A stretch of DNA of 64,000 bases from Octopus sinensis. Its lineage: Eukaryota. The notes beneath the pieces are model-generated. The model had not been told where the DNA came from and did no database searches. It saw only the letters and a program-made list of their open reading frames with translations. The position numbers were made by a program, and so were the translations under genes. The stretch covers positions 51,708,001 through 51,772,000 of the forward strand of contig NC_043002.1 of the NCBI RefSeq assembly GCF_006345805.1, read 5' to 3'. Positions 50,092 to 63,962 of this stretch are shown here, one piece after another (positions within the stretch are counted from its first letter, which is position 1; the number at the start of each line of letters is the position of its first letter).

Positions 50092-51452
50092 AGAGTTGCG
50101 GATAATTTGACAGAACATGGGTTCGGCGGTGATATATAGACCAAGGGTGATCTACAAAATTAATGGTGAAAACTTCATGGAATATAAATATACAGGCATA
50201 ACCACGTCATTACGAGTTAGGTACTTTCGACTTAACATCGTTATTTAAAAATAAACTAATGAAAAACAAATCTAAGCTTCCGACAATTTAGGTCTCGGCA
50301 GACATATTTAGAAGCATATTTACTTTTTAATATCTATATTAAAAACAAAACACCTTAAAACCAATAACGAAAATAAAATGCATATGAAAATAAGTACAAA
50401 CCATTTATTAAAACATATATAAGATAATGAATTTTTTAAATATGTTTTTCGTGTTACGTCGTTTTTCGGGTTAGGTCGCATGTCTTGGAACGAGTTACCA
50501 ACTGAAGTTGAGATATGCTTGTACGTTACATTATGTTGTATAATGCAACTTAGAAGGGGATAAATATTTTAAAATATTTTAAATCAACAAATTTATTATA
50601 CATTGTATAATAATATATATGTTGATTTACTTATAATTGATTTAGAATGTATACTTTTGTGACAAAATATAAGCGTTCTTGGTTTTAAGTTCGCTGTGGA
50701 CCACAAAACTTTAGTATTTCACTGTAGTGTACCTGACTTCTTTGTATATGACTTTCATAGCATCTTAAGAAGAAAATAATATATTGGATAACGTAATCTG
50801 AGATAAAGGTACTTAAAAGATGGGATGGTGATGACTAAAATACCTTCGGAAGTAGGCATACTCGATTGAGCTGAAATGGGCCTAAACATCATAAAAAAGA
50901 AAGATGAGCTTTTTTGTGACCAGGATCTAAGATTTAAGATCAATTTACAATTGTTTATTACTAGCTGTCACCAAGACTACTATGTACACATTTGATTTCA
51001 AGATGTAAGCGAAAAAGAAAATTGATGTAATGTATACAATTTGATGTTATATAGGTTACATGAGATAAAATCGTTAGATAACAATGATGTATCTGTGTCT
51101 CAAATATTATCAGCTAAAAGAATGAACTTTGATCAAAAGGTTATTTATAGATATTGCATCCACTATCTCAAAATCATATAAAAAATTAATCCAAATATAT
51201 TAGTGATACAAATTTTAAAGTATTGTGATGACCTGTCAAATCTAAAGGTGATTATTGTGACATGATGAAAAATTCAGTTTAGTAAAGGTTAAAATGTAAT
51301 TAGAATGTCAAATACAGGTTTGTAAAATTTTTTCCAGCAGCATCATTATTCTAATGCCATTTCTCCATTCTGGTATAGGTTGGTTGAGTCTACAGCACAT
51401 TATATTACCGCTCTTAAATAATTTGATGTAGTGTTCTTTAGTTTTCACTTAC

Positions 51453-51574
51453 CTGAAGTCTAACAGTTGGATTTTCTTTCTATTGCCAACTGCAAACGCG
51501 GTGAACTCGGTACATATAGCTTCGTTTATCACTGATTCATTCTTCACATATCCGGGGTAACATGGTACGCTCAA
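51453..51574 (-). other. Possible minus-strand exon
   Basis: cacag| LSVPCYPGYVKNESVINEAICTEFTAFAVGNRKKIQLLDF |gtaagt; strong donor, weaker acceptor. Confidence 0.25.
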
Positions 51575-51827
51575 CTGTGAACCATTTTACTCTTAAAACG
51601 TGTAAAATAGTACTGAAAATATGTTTCTTATATTCAAAATGTCAATTTTTACATTTTATCTTGAAAATATTGCTGCTGTAAAGACGGCGAAGTTTGGTAG
51701 ATTTCTTAGAGTAAACGATAGACTGTGTTGCAGTATTGGTTCCGGGTTTCTGCATTATGAGTTGAAGTCCAGCTATGGCCAAATCTACCTTTCGTCCTCT
51801 GGAGTCAATAGAGGTGTTGAACTTGAT

Positions 51828-51829
<2 letters not shown>

Positions 51830-51921
<92 letters not shown>

Positions 51922-51922
51922 C

Positions 51923-51977
<55 letters not shown>
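51830..51977. repeat. (TCTA)n microsatellite
   Basis: Direct inspection. Confidence 0.95.
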
Positions 51978-52574
51978 AGTCTAAATCGGTTATGTTGCTT
52001 TGTGGATATGGTAGTGGGGGACCAATTACAGTGTCTCTTTCTTCAGAAATAGAATACGGTTGAATATGAGGTTAGCAATCTCTCCTCAAAGAAAAAAAGA
52101 AACAAAAAGAAAAAAAAAACATAAGCAAATAAACCTTACATGCAATCGGAGCCTTCCGAGTTACAGAGCAATTGGCAAAACGGTATAGAACGAAAACGAA
52201 GAAAAGGAAAAGGTTTAGAAAGACATATTTGAGTTAATTTGTATTACTGAGGTTGCTAACTGTGTTCTTCCTAAATATGAGTTTTTGTATTTACTATGAG
52301 ACACGCTGTTCCAGTTTTTTTTTTTTAAATCTGAAGATGTGACTCCAGTTTAAAGATTGCAACATAATTAGGGATACTTAGGAATATTCATCATTGGTTT
52401 CAATAAAAAACTGTTTCTAAATAGATAAACATCTGGCCATTAATACATCGTCAGATGGCATAAGGTAGCTGTTTCAGACCGGGAGATCATGCGCGTAACA
52501 AACCATAATAAAGTGCATTATATATGATTTAATTAGTACATATATAATGCATATGTAATTATTATATTGTATAT

Positions 52575-52808
52575 TACTCTTTACTCTCTCTCTTTTTACT
52601 CTTTTACTTGTTTCAGTCATTTGACTGCGGCCATGCTGGAGCACCGAATTTAATCGAGCAACTCGACCCCGGGACTTATTCTTTGTAAGCTCAGTATTTA
52701 TTCTATCGGTCTCTTTTGCCGAACCGCTAAGTGACGGGGACATAAACACACCAGCATCGGTTGTCAAGCAATGCTAGGGGGACAAACACAGACACACAAA
52801 CATACACG

Positions 52809-52844
<36 letters not shown>

Positions 52845-53014
52845 CATATATACGACAGGCTTCTTTCAGTTTCCGTCTACCAAATCCATTCACAAGGCTT
52901 TGGTCGGCTCGAGGCTATAGTAGAAGACACTTGCCCAAGGTGCCACGCAGTGGGACTGAACCCGGAACCATGTGGTTGGTAAGCAAGCTACTTACCACAC
53001 AGCCACTCCTGCGC
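52575..53014 (-). mobile_element. SINE family B, full length
   Basis: Reverse complement of the family B consensus. Confidence 0.9.
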
Positions 53015-54029
53015 CTATTCACTTTATTTCTATTATTATAACAATTTGTGGTCTTAATTTGTCGGTGCTTGAAAAATGCCGTGACTTAGGCATGTGTCGG
53101 AAGAAGCCCAAACAGAAGATGTAATTTTTCAAAATAAAGCACCTTGCAGACTGCGATAGTCAGTAACATAGAAATAAATTTAAAATTTATTCTTTCTGTG
53201 CGGAGCGGTAGCAAATTATCCACGGTTTATAGGATGTAGACGGTGTTTATAAGCGTAACTGATATTAAAATTTTCTATCGTCTATTGAATTGGTTATCTT
53301 TATTGAACAACCGAAGAAAACTCTAACCTTTACTTCTGTTTCTCGTTTTCCTCAAGCAGCCACATCCTGGATGTTATGCTGGGCTAAGAGTGGGAAGGCT
53401 GCGAAAATGTCTTTATCTGTTCCTGTCACCATAACCACTTATAGCATTGAGCAAAAGCAGAGTTTATGGCACCAAGTATGTCAACTGGTCGATTTACAGA
53501 TAATACTGTCATTGTTTAACTCCCAGACTATGATTAAAAGCATTCTATCTATGATCATTTCGCATTTAGTACTAAGATAGTCAAACTGAGAAGTGGTAAA
53601 TGGCATAAGCTACCAGTACTAAGAAATGTTTTTCATGGCAATCATCTCAAACAGCCTCTGAAACCAAATCTAACTCCCGGCTTTCTCGTGCGATTTAGCT
53701 TTTAAGTCCAGCGGAAATGCTTGTACTGACGAAGCGGGCGGAAATAGCTTCTGGTGTCTTAAAATCAGTACATCGGGTTGATAGAGCTCCTCCGCCTGAG
53801 AAGGGAGTTCGTTTAAGAGAAGGCAAACTAACTTCAAATTTCCGCTACCTTGCGGCAATATCCATCCATGGGAATGACCGGGATGAAATCTGAAGAAAAA
53901 AATCTGCAGGTGACGTTTCTAAGGCTGTCCAGCATTGTTTCCAACATTGTTTTGGAAAATTCCGTGACAACACTGGTGACAAGTTGTATATGCGCTTGCC
54001 CTGCCCTTGGACAACATCAGGGGCGTAAA

Positions 54030-54189
54030 GAGGAGAGAACTTCTACATGGAAAACTGCTGATTTCTCATACTCACTCTACCCAGAGGAGAGACTTCTACA
54101 TGGAAAACTGCTGATCTCTCATACTCACTCTACCCAGAGGAGAGACTTCTACATGGAAAACTGCTGATCTCTCATACTCACTCTACCCA
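54030..54189. repeat. Three tandem copies of a 53-bp unit
   Basis: gaggagagacttctacatggaaaactgctgatctctcatactcactctaccca starting at 54030, 54084 and 54137. Confidence 0.95.
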
Positions 54190-54937
54190 GAGCAGCGCCC
54201 TCCATATGGTGAAATCTGAGGGAGATTTGGGTATCATACTTAGTAGGCCAAGTGACTAAGTAGAGACTTTCTTATTGACTCCTTCGTCTTTGTGTTGGCT
54301 TTCATGCCCAGTTCTGTTATAATTCAGCCTATTCTAGACTGAAAGTTAAAGCCTAAAATTAAGACCGATTCACTCAAGAAGATTACGTGAGATATACTTT
54401 TGAAAATTCAAGTTGTTTTAGATTCTGATAAAAGAAATACCGTCAGTTTTATAAAATAAAATTAGCTAACACAATTAAATAGAATTAGTCAACTTTTGAT
54501 CCACTGTTAGAAACTAGATAAGATATCAAATCTGAAAGTTGTGGCAATATTGAATTTCTGACCTGGCTGGGTGATTTCCTGTTCATCCAACCAACTCCAG
54601 CACATATAAAAATTAGTAAATGTTTTGTAATTTTTTTTTAACCTAGAAGGCAGACAGATGTTGATAGCAATGACGAACGACAACGATGATATTGGTTTCA
54701 AAGTTGTGCAAATCTACGTATCATAGCAACTTTCTTGTACAGTACCTTTAATAAGTTTCCAACATTGGCGCAGATGCTTCATGACCCTCAGCAAAACAGT
54801 AGTATTTAATAAAAAAAAAAAAAAAAAGAAATATAAAAAAAAGACGGCGGCTTGTTTCTACTGTCATATTAGCAAGCAAGCTCACAACTCCATGTTAGAT
54901 TTAGATCGTATCAGTTGCATTAAAACTTCAGAAAAAT

Positions 54938-54970
<33 letters not shown>

Positions 54971-55158
54971 TCGTTTCTGGAACACCTCTTATGACGTCAA
55001 TGATACATAAGTGCGTGTATGTGTGTGTGATGTGCGCGGTGTATACTCATACATGCATATATTTACACTCACACATACGCATACAAACACACACATATAT
55101 ATATATATATAAATGCATATGTATACATACATATATATGTATACATACATATATATGT

Positions 55159-55227
<69 letters not shown>

Positions 55228-55256
55228 CATAAATGTATGTATGTTTATATATATTA

Positions 55257-55310
<54 letters not shown>

Positions 55311-55313
<3 letters not shown>

Positions 55314-55474
55314 TGGCTGTGTGGTAAGTAGCTTGATTACAAACCACATGGTCCCGGGTTCAGTCCTACTGCGTGGCACCTTGGGCAAGTGTCTTCTACT
55401 ATAGCCTCGGACCGACCAAAGCCTTGTGAGTGGATTTGGTAGACGGAGACTGAAAGAAGCCCGTCGTATATATG

Positions 55475-55517
<43 letters not shown>

Positions 55518-55754
55518 TGTGTGTGTGTGTGTATGTGTGTGTTTGTGTCTCTGTCCCCCCAACATCGCTTGACAACCGATGCTGGTGTGTTTACGTCCCG
55601 GTAACTTAGCGGTTCGGCAAAAGAGACCGATAGAATAAGTATTAGGCTTACAAAGAGTAAGTCCTGGGGTCGATTTTCTCGACTAAAAGCGGTGCTCCAG
55701 CATGGCCACAGTCAAATGACTGAAACAAGTAAAAGTGTAAAAGAGAGTAAAGAG
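55311..55754 (+). mobile_element. SINE family B
   Basis: Head and tail intact. Confidence 0.9.
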
Positions 55755-55796
55755 TATATATATATATATACTCTTTACTCTCTTTTACACTTTTCT

Positions 55797-57540
55797 ACGA
55801 GAAAAGAAGAGAAGAATCTCGGAAGAAACTACGAAGTTATTCGAGAAGAGGAAAAATATGAAGCGGACTATTGAAGATCACCTTGAATATTCCCTTCTCA
55901 ACAGAGTGATTCGTCAGCAACTAAAGAAAGACTTTGAGGCATACCGGATGGAGAAGCTTTTGAAGGCCGCAGAGGAAAAGAAGAGCCTCAAGAAATGCAA
56001 GAGGGACATGGTACTATATAGATCGGAAGTGACGGCCCTGAAAAATATAGATGGAATACCGGTCAACGATAAGAGCGAGATGGAAAAAGTTTGCAAAGAC
56101 TTCTACACCAAGCTCTTTAAGTCCACCAGAAATGTCCAGCCGTTACCACCACTCCAACAGGAAGAAAATGTGCCACCTATCCTTGTCAGTGAGGTTGAAA
56201 GAGCCATCGGCTTGATGAAAAACGGAAAGGCGCAAGGAAAAGACGGTATAACATCGGAGGTGCTCAAGTCAGACAGAGAGCAGCTCTGGAAAATCCTCGC
56301 TGAGCGATTTACGCACTATCTAGACGAGGGAAGAATTCCTTCGCAGTGGAAAGAGTCAAATACCATCCTGCTATATAAGAAGGGCGATAGAGAAGATCTA
56401 AAGAACTACCTACCCATATGCCTACTGTCTCACGTGTACAAGCTGTTCACGAAGATAATTCTGAACAGGTTATCACGTCATCTCGACGAACAACAACCGA
56501 GGGAACAAGCCGGCTTCCGGAAGAACTACAGCACGATGGACCATATATTTACTCTAACTCAACTGCTTGAGCGAGCGAATGAGTACAAGCTGCCTCTTTG
56601 CGTTGCGTTTGTAGGCTATGAGAAGGCTTTCGATAGCGTCGAAACCAACGCAGTGCTGAACTCGCTGCAGAGGCAAGGAGTCGAGGCGCAATATGTGCAA
56701 CTGCTCAGGGAGGCAAATTCCGGATGCACCACCGACATAGCTCTGCTGTCATCACCCGTACGAGTGCCGATCGAGATGGGAGTGAAGAAAAGAGATACAA
56801 TCTCCCCAAAACATTTTACCGCGTGTCTCGAACAGATCATCAGAGGCATCGACTGGCAAGGCAGTGTCTACATCAATGGTGAGCTCCTCACCCACCTCCA
56901 TTTCGCAGACGACATCGTACTCATCGCTGAAACCACGGATCAGCTTCAGACCATGCTGACGGAGCTCGACATCAAAAGCTCTGAAGTAGGTCTCAAGATG
57001 AACCGCATGAAAACGAAGTTCAAGCGGTCAGACAACGTACCAACAGATCGAATGGTGATCGGCAGTGATGAAATAGAGGAGGTAAAGGAATATGTCTACC
57101 TGGGACAGGAAGTGAATATGTGTCGAGATATCGAAAAGGAGATCTCACGGAGAGTAAGGGCCGGATGGAAGGCGTTTAATGGCATAAGGGATGTGCTCAA
57201 GGGACGGTTGGACAGGACCACCCGCGCCAGCCTCATCAACAGTACAGTTTTACCTGCAATGTTTTACCTGGCTGTGAAACACGGGCTAAAACGAAGAGAG
57301 AAGAGCAGGGACTGGTAACGGCTCAAAGAGCCATGGAAAGATCAATGCTTGGTATCTCGTTGAAAGAGCACATCAGTAGCGAGATCATCAGAAAGAAGTC
57401 CGGCTTGAGAGATGTCATCGCAGAGTATACACGCAGCAAGTTTAGATGGGCTGGACACGTCGCCCGGCTTACCAATAATCGGTGAACCCGCGCGAGTGGA
57501 AACGATCACCCGGAAGGCCTCCACGACGGTGGAGTTACGA
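55797..57540 (+). mobile_element. 5'-truncated RTE-clade LINE (RT domain ORF 55858-57318, frameshifted C-terminus)
   Basis: KAQGKDGIT, PSQWKES..LLYKKGDRED, EQAGFRK..ST.DHIF, EKAFDSV, FADDIVL, YVYLGQ; C-terminal RWAGHVAR and GRPPRRW in shifted frames. Confidence 0.93.
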
Positions 57541-57659
57541 TTTCATATGTACGCGCACGTTTATGTATGTATGTATGTATGTATGTATGTATGTATGTAT
57601 GTATGTATGTATGTATGTATGTATGTATATATGTATGTATGTATGTATGAATGTACACA

Positions 57660-58262
57660 CTCATATCTTTTAGCTGTTTCAGTTATTGGAATGTGGGCAT
57701 GCTGGGATATCACTTTGAAGCATTTTAGGTGAACCAATCTAGCCCAGTACGTATTTTAAAACCCTGGTACTTATCGAACTGCTAAGTTACAGAGACATAA
57801 ACAAGCCGACATCGGTTTCAAGCGGTGGTAGGGGACAAACACAAACAGAAAGATATATTCACACGGGCACACGCACGCACGCAGGCACACAAAGAAACAC
57901 ACACACACACAGACACACATGACGGGTTTCTTTCAGTTTTCATCTACCAAATCCACTAATAAGGCTTTGTTAGGCCCAGAGCTATAGTAGAAAACACTTA
58001 GCTAACGTACCACGCTGCGTGACAGAACCCGGAATCAAGTGGTTGGAAATGAAATTATTTATTTCACAGCCACGGCACACACCACACACACAGACACACA
58101 TGACGGGTTTCTTTCAGTTTTCATCTACCAAATCCACTAATAAAGCTTTGTTAGGCCCAGAGCTATAGTAGAAAACACTTAGCTAACGTACCACGCTGCG
58201 TGACAGAACCCGGAATCAAGTGGTTGGAAATGAAATTATTTATTTCACAGCCACGGCACACA
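57660..58262 (-). mobile_element. Degenerate SINE family B with its 5' 181 bp tandemly duplicated
   Basis: gacgggtttc at 57921 and 58102 (period 181); near-identical copies. Confidence 0.85.
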
Positions 58263-58414
58263 CACAACACACACACACACACACACACATTATTTATTCA
58301 GGAAGTCCTGGAGCAAATGTCTAGATGTTTTAGCTTCACACTCCAATGGCGACACATCCGCTAATAAGAGAGATAAATTGGGGATGTTCAAGTCTTGTTC
58401 ACTCGGTACAAATG

Positions 58415-58513
<99 letters not shown>

Positions 58514-58874
58514 TTGCGCGCGCATGTGTGTAACTGAACGCAAGGGATTCAGAATAAGCGCCTCCTGAAATCCAAGGAGTAAGCCGCCTCCCCATATTTG
58601 GCCAAAAACAGTAAAAATATTCAGACAAAGCAAGATGGAAAGATAGAACAGAGGAAAGCAAAATAATTATCCAATTAACAATGCTAGCAAAAATAACTGT
58701 CGTTTAATAATCTGCCAAAATTTTGTCATTAACGACCTGCTTATAATTGCTCCCATTATTTCTATTTAGAACTAGAATAACTAGAATTAACACTCTTATT
58801 TCACCCGGTTAACTCCCTCGTTACACTTCAGTCACGTTTTCGTTAATTACAGAAAATCTCAGAGGGTTATAATT

Positions 58875-59395
58875 AATATTTAGTTTTTGATGTGTAATAT
58901 TTGCACCAAATCTGCGATGAAATGCGGAACATGTTCTGCCTGAAATCTATTTATGGTTACGTATATCAGCATTATGCATAACAGAGCATCCGATGCATAT
59001 TCTACTGGTAGACACCAAATCCGTATTGTGCTGACTAAATCTCATCACGGAAAAACATGCAAACGTTTTATTGCCAACACATGAAACGTGAAAAATGCTA
59101 CAAGCAATTAGATTGATTACAAAATAAAAATACGATTAGATTAATCATACTTATTTAGTCGTTGATGTAATAATATTTGTATCAATTCTGAAATGAAATG
59201 CGGAACGCATTCTCGATGAAATCAATTTATTGTAGCATATATTAGTTCTATGCATGATGCAGCATCCGACGCATATTCTACTGGTGGACACCAAATCACG
59301 AAAAAACATATGCAAGCGTTTTATTGCCAACACATGAAACGTGCAAAACAATTAGACTGATTACAAATAAAAATATGATCGGATAATTCATATTG
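58875..59395. repeat. Diverged tandem duplication, about 275-bp unit
   Basis: aaatgcggaac at 58921 and 59196; gcatattctactgg.gacaccaaatc and ttttattgccaacacatgaaacgtg in both copies. Confidence 0.85.
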
Positions 59396-59799
59396 GTTAG
59401 ACAATCGCTTTTTACATCCGTACTCGAAAAGTCGCCGCAGTTACTGACAGCTTTTTCTTTTTTTGAAAAATATTTGGCTGTGGTAAGAAGTTTACTGCCA
59501 AACAACAAGGTTCGAGTTCAGTCACATTGCATGGCACCTTGAGCAATTTCTACTTGGTTTGACCAATCCCTTTTTAAGTGTATTTGGAACACGGAAATTG
59601 CAAGGAAGCTTATCAAGCCAAGAATTTCGGGGCAAGGGGCAAGTCGACTACATCGACCCCAGTACTCGGTCCCAGCATGGTCTACTGAGGACAAGCACAT
59701 TTCTGCGCTCCTTGAGAGCCAATGGCATAGGTAAACCAATTTTAAGGCTTAAACTATTCACTTTTGAAATCTCTCAAAGTAGACTCCTTACCAAATTTC

Positions 59800-59940
59800 T
59801 CCTTCTATCGACCCCAAACGGATGAAAAGCAAAGTCAATCTCGGTGGAATTTGAACTCAGAACGTAAAGACGGACGAAATGCCGCTAAGCATTTTGTCCG
59901 GTGTACAAACGATTCTGCCAGCTCACCGCCTTTCAGCAGG
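59800..59940 (-). mobile_element. SINE family A 5' part
   Basis: Reverse complement of the family A head. Confidence 0.8.
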
Positions 59941-61239
59941 ATAATATTAATTATTTTGACAGACTGAAAACTAAAGAAATTTGGTAAGAAGCGAATGGTT
60001 TAAATTTTAAAATTGATTTACCTATGGTATGGGCAAATGTCAGGCTTCGTGTTACTCTAACTTTGGATAACGAGAAAAAGACAGGCCGGAACACAAGGTG
60101 CGCAAAAAATTATAAACTATCGAGTGAACACAATGTATAAAACATCGGTGTTGGATTAACTAAATACTGCACACAAGCAGCTAGTAGCTTTAACAGCGAA
60201 AATATTTAAAAATTGTTAGTGAATCTTCGTTGTTTTCAGCCCAGCAGGTCATAGCACGAGATCATACGGAGGACCATATAAGATATTTTCGTGTTAACTT
60301 TCTACGATTTCTTGCAAGGACATTCCTTGGCCAAAGATGCCATGGATCTTACCTTTTGCACACACGTCCAAACAAAAGAAAAAAAAAGAAGCAACTTCAA
60401 ATCAAATTCTTGGAATCACGACTGAAGTCATTTTTGGCAATAAAGCAAATTGCTAAAGTAGTTATTCTTAAATCTGACTGTCTGTAACGTAAAATCTGGC
60501 TAGATTCGCACTCCTCATCTTTCTTGCTCGCTCTCACCTTCTGAATGTATATACGTATATGCATATGTATGTATGTATGTATGTATGATGTCATTATTTA
60601 GTTTTATTTCAAGATTTCTTGCCAATAGAGAAAGAGCTGATTTCTAACCTAGATCCAAGGCAACTTCATTGGAACTTCAACATCAACAACTGGGTATTTT
60701 TGTATGTATCTATACATGAAGATTTATATGTTTTGTTTTATGTATGTCTACTCATGCATATACTTGCATATCTAGACATGCTCATATATACTTAAATGAT
60801 GTATGTATGTATGTATGTATGTATGTATGTATGTATGTATGTATGTATGTATGTATGTATGTATGTATAAACTCAGGCACACGTACATATTTCTCAACAT
60901 TAAAGACATTCAGCTAGCACTTTCGAGAATAGAAAAAAATCATTTGTTTTTTAAAAAAATAACTTTATAACAAAAGAGGAAAAAATTATGAACCATCGTT
61001 CTTTAAATTTCCCTTAAGAAAATTTACGAACAGATATTCATTTCTCTTTGTTAAATTTTGATAAGTTACTTCCTTTTCAACACTACAAACGTGTTCACAC
61101 ATGGTCATTTGGCTGTTGCGCTTAGTAGAGTTGGGGAACCTTCAGGCATAAAGATTTTTGCTTGATCAAAGTGAATACACTATACAAAGAGGTTTGGACA
61201 GACATCCTAATTATGTAAATGTTAGAATAAAAAAAAGGA

Positions 61240-61460
61240 GTATAAAAATCCTTCTTCAGTCAGAGACACTTATAAGGACGGTTTCTAGATTTCCGCTGCG
61301 TATATATTCTCTCTCTGAACGGACGCCGGTCCGTCGCATGACTAATCTTTTTACTAGCTGAGTGGACTTGAGCAACATGAATTGAAGAACACAACACGTC
61401 ACCCGGCCCAGGGGTGGAAACCACAATCTTACGATTTTTAGTTCAACACCCTAACCACCA
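61240..61460 (-). mobile_element. Degenerate SINE family C
   Basis: ggacgccggtccgtcgca and head remnants. Confidence 0.55.
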
Positions 61461-61609
61461 AGTCATCCGCCTCCACTATGTGAATGTTAAAATCGTTGAA
61501 ATTATTGCATAACACATTGCGTGCCATCTAGAGCAAGTGCCTTCTACTATAGCCTCAAGCCAGCCAAATCCTTGGGAGTGGAATCGGTAGTCGGAAACTG
61601 ACCGTCGTA

Positions 61610-61680
<71 letters not shown>

Positions 61681-61691
61681 ATCTATCTATC

Positions 61692-61722
<31 letters not shown>

Positions 61723-61790
61723 TATATATATGTATGTATGTACGTATATATACATATACATACATATATATATATATATACATAATATAA

Positions 61791-61887
<97 letters not shown>

Positions 61888-62009
61888 ATGTATGTATGTA
61901 TATGTATATGTATATATATAAATTGAACTCAGAACGTAAAGAGGCACTCTTGCCCAAGGTGCCACAGTGGGACTGAACATATGTGTGTATGTGTGTGTGT
62001 GTGTGTGTG

Positions 62010-62400
62010 CGTGTTTATAGAGTGGTAAGAAGCTTGCTTCCCAACAACGAGGTTTCGGGTTCAGTCCCACTGCGTGGCACCTTGGGTAAGAGTGCCTCGG
62101 GCCGATCAGATCCTTGTGAGTGGATTTAGTGGCGAGAAATTGAACGAAGCCCGTCATATATACTTAATGTATACAATCTGTGTGCGCATCTATATTTGTA
62201 CCCCCCCCATCACCGCTTGAAAACCGTGTTGGTGTATTTATCACCCCGTAACTTAGCAGTTTGGTGAAAGGAACCGATAAGATAAGTACCAGGCTTACAA
62301 AAATAAGTACTGGAGTCGATTTATTCGACTAAAACTTGAAGGCGGTGCCCCTGCATGGCAGCAGTCTAATGACTGAAATAGGTAAAATATGCATGTATAT
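62010..62400 (+). mobile_element. SINE family B
   Basis: Family B motifs. Confidence 0.8.
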
Positions 62401-62499
62401 ATGCATGTATATATGTATATATATATATATATATATTTTAATGTTTTTATTTTTATCTAGTTTCAGCTCACAAGCTGTGGCCATGCTGGGGCACCGCCA

Positions 62500-63962
62500 T
62501 TTGGTGTTGCTACATGATTTTACTTCACGAATGCTTTTTAGCAATTGCCATTTGGTGCATGAGAGAGTTCGATGCAGCTGCCCTCATCTGCTCCTCCTCC
62601 CGTGAAGTTGGTTCATCTGGGACACCTGACAAGAAAAGATCCAGTTTTATTTTAAAGACATCTGCATCCACCCCATGCAGATCTCTTAGGTTCTTCGGGG
62701 GGATATTGAAGAGTTGTGGGCCTCGGAAGCCCAGGCTATCACAGTATCTTGTCCTACATCTTGATGGCAAATTTGGACTCCTTGGCACTATGCAGTGGCG
62801 CCCAGTTCTGGCATTTGTATAACTCTCGATGCCAAAGTTTGGGACAAGTCCTTCTAGGATCTTCCAGATGTATATTATGGCATATCTTTCTCGCCTACGC
62901 TCTAAGGAATAGAGTCTCAATCTCTTGATTCTTTCCCGATAGCTTATACGCTGCACAGAGGCTATCTTCTTTGTGTAGCTTCCTTGGATCGCCTCAAGTT
63001 CTGTGATTAACTTGACACTGGATGGTGACCATAGCTGAGAGCAATAGTCAAAGTGGCTTAGGACAAGTGTCCTCCAGAGGACCATCATGGTTTCCTGGTC
63101 TCTTGTTCTAAAGGTTCTAAGAATCCATCCGGTCAGCCGCCTACATTTCTTTGCCAATTTAGCAACATGCACATGAAAGGTTGCATCATCACTCATGTAA
63201 ATACCCAGGTTTCGCACTGATTGTGCCTCTGGGATTGCAATCCCTCCAGGTCCAGTGTATTTATTGGGTATTGCATTTAGTTTTGCATGCTGATAGCATA
63301 AAGCTTGAAACTTTTCAGCATTGAACTGCATGCTATTCTTTTCAGCCCACTTGTATATTTTGTCCAGCTCACATTGCAGGTGCTTAATGTCTTCAGGGTT
63401 CTGTATTGCCTGTGAAACTTTTGTATCATCTGCATAACTTGTGATCGTGGCTCTCTGCGTGGCTGAGGGCATGTCTGAGAGGGCCATTATGAACAGTAGT
63501 GGTCCCAAAACAGTGCCTTGCGGAACACCGCTCACTATTTGCGTGTTAATGGAAGTGGCTACTACCACCTGACTTCTATCCTTCAGAAAGTCATGAAACC
63601 ATTCTCCCAATTCTCACGCAGTTTGTGACATATCATTCCATGATCGACTTTATCAAAGGCCTTTGCAAAGTCGAGATATATGACTTCCACATTTGAGTGG
63701 TTGAGCAGTCGTTTCAGCACCCAGTCATAGTGTTGTAGGAGCTGAGTTAAGCAGCTTCTTCCTGGTTGGAAACCATGTTGGGTGTCAGGCAGCAAGTCAT
63801 TTTCTTCAAGGAAGGTGATTAGTTTCCTTCTGACTATTCGTTCCATGACCTTGCTGATGGTTGAGGTCAGAGAGATAAGTCTGTAGTTCTTGGCCTCCGC
63901 TCTGCTACCTCCTTTATGAATAGGGCATATTTTACCTTCCTTCGGTTTTCTTGGAAGTTTGC
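62500..63962 (-). mobile_element. 5'-truncated CR1-clade LINE (RT and C-terminal domain, one frameshift)
   Basis: QHGFQPGRSCLTQLL, YLDFAKAFDKVDH, SGVPQGTVLGPLLF, YADDTK, LYSLERRRERY. Confidence 0.93.

Noticed and set aside
53501-53511. TAATACTGTCA, identical to the 5' end of miR-8-3p
   Set aside because: The 3' half does not match and there is no complementary 5' arm.
54030-54189. Tandem 53-mers as a CRISPR array
   Set aside because: No unique spacers, eukaryotic context and no cas genes.
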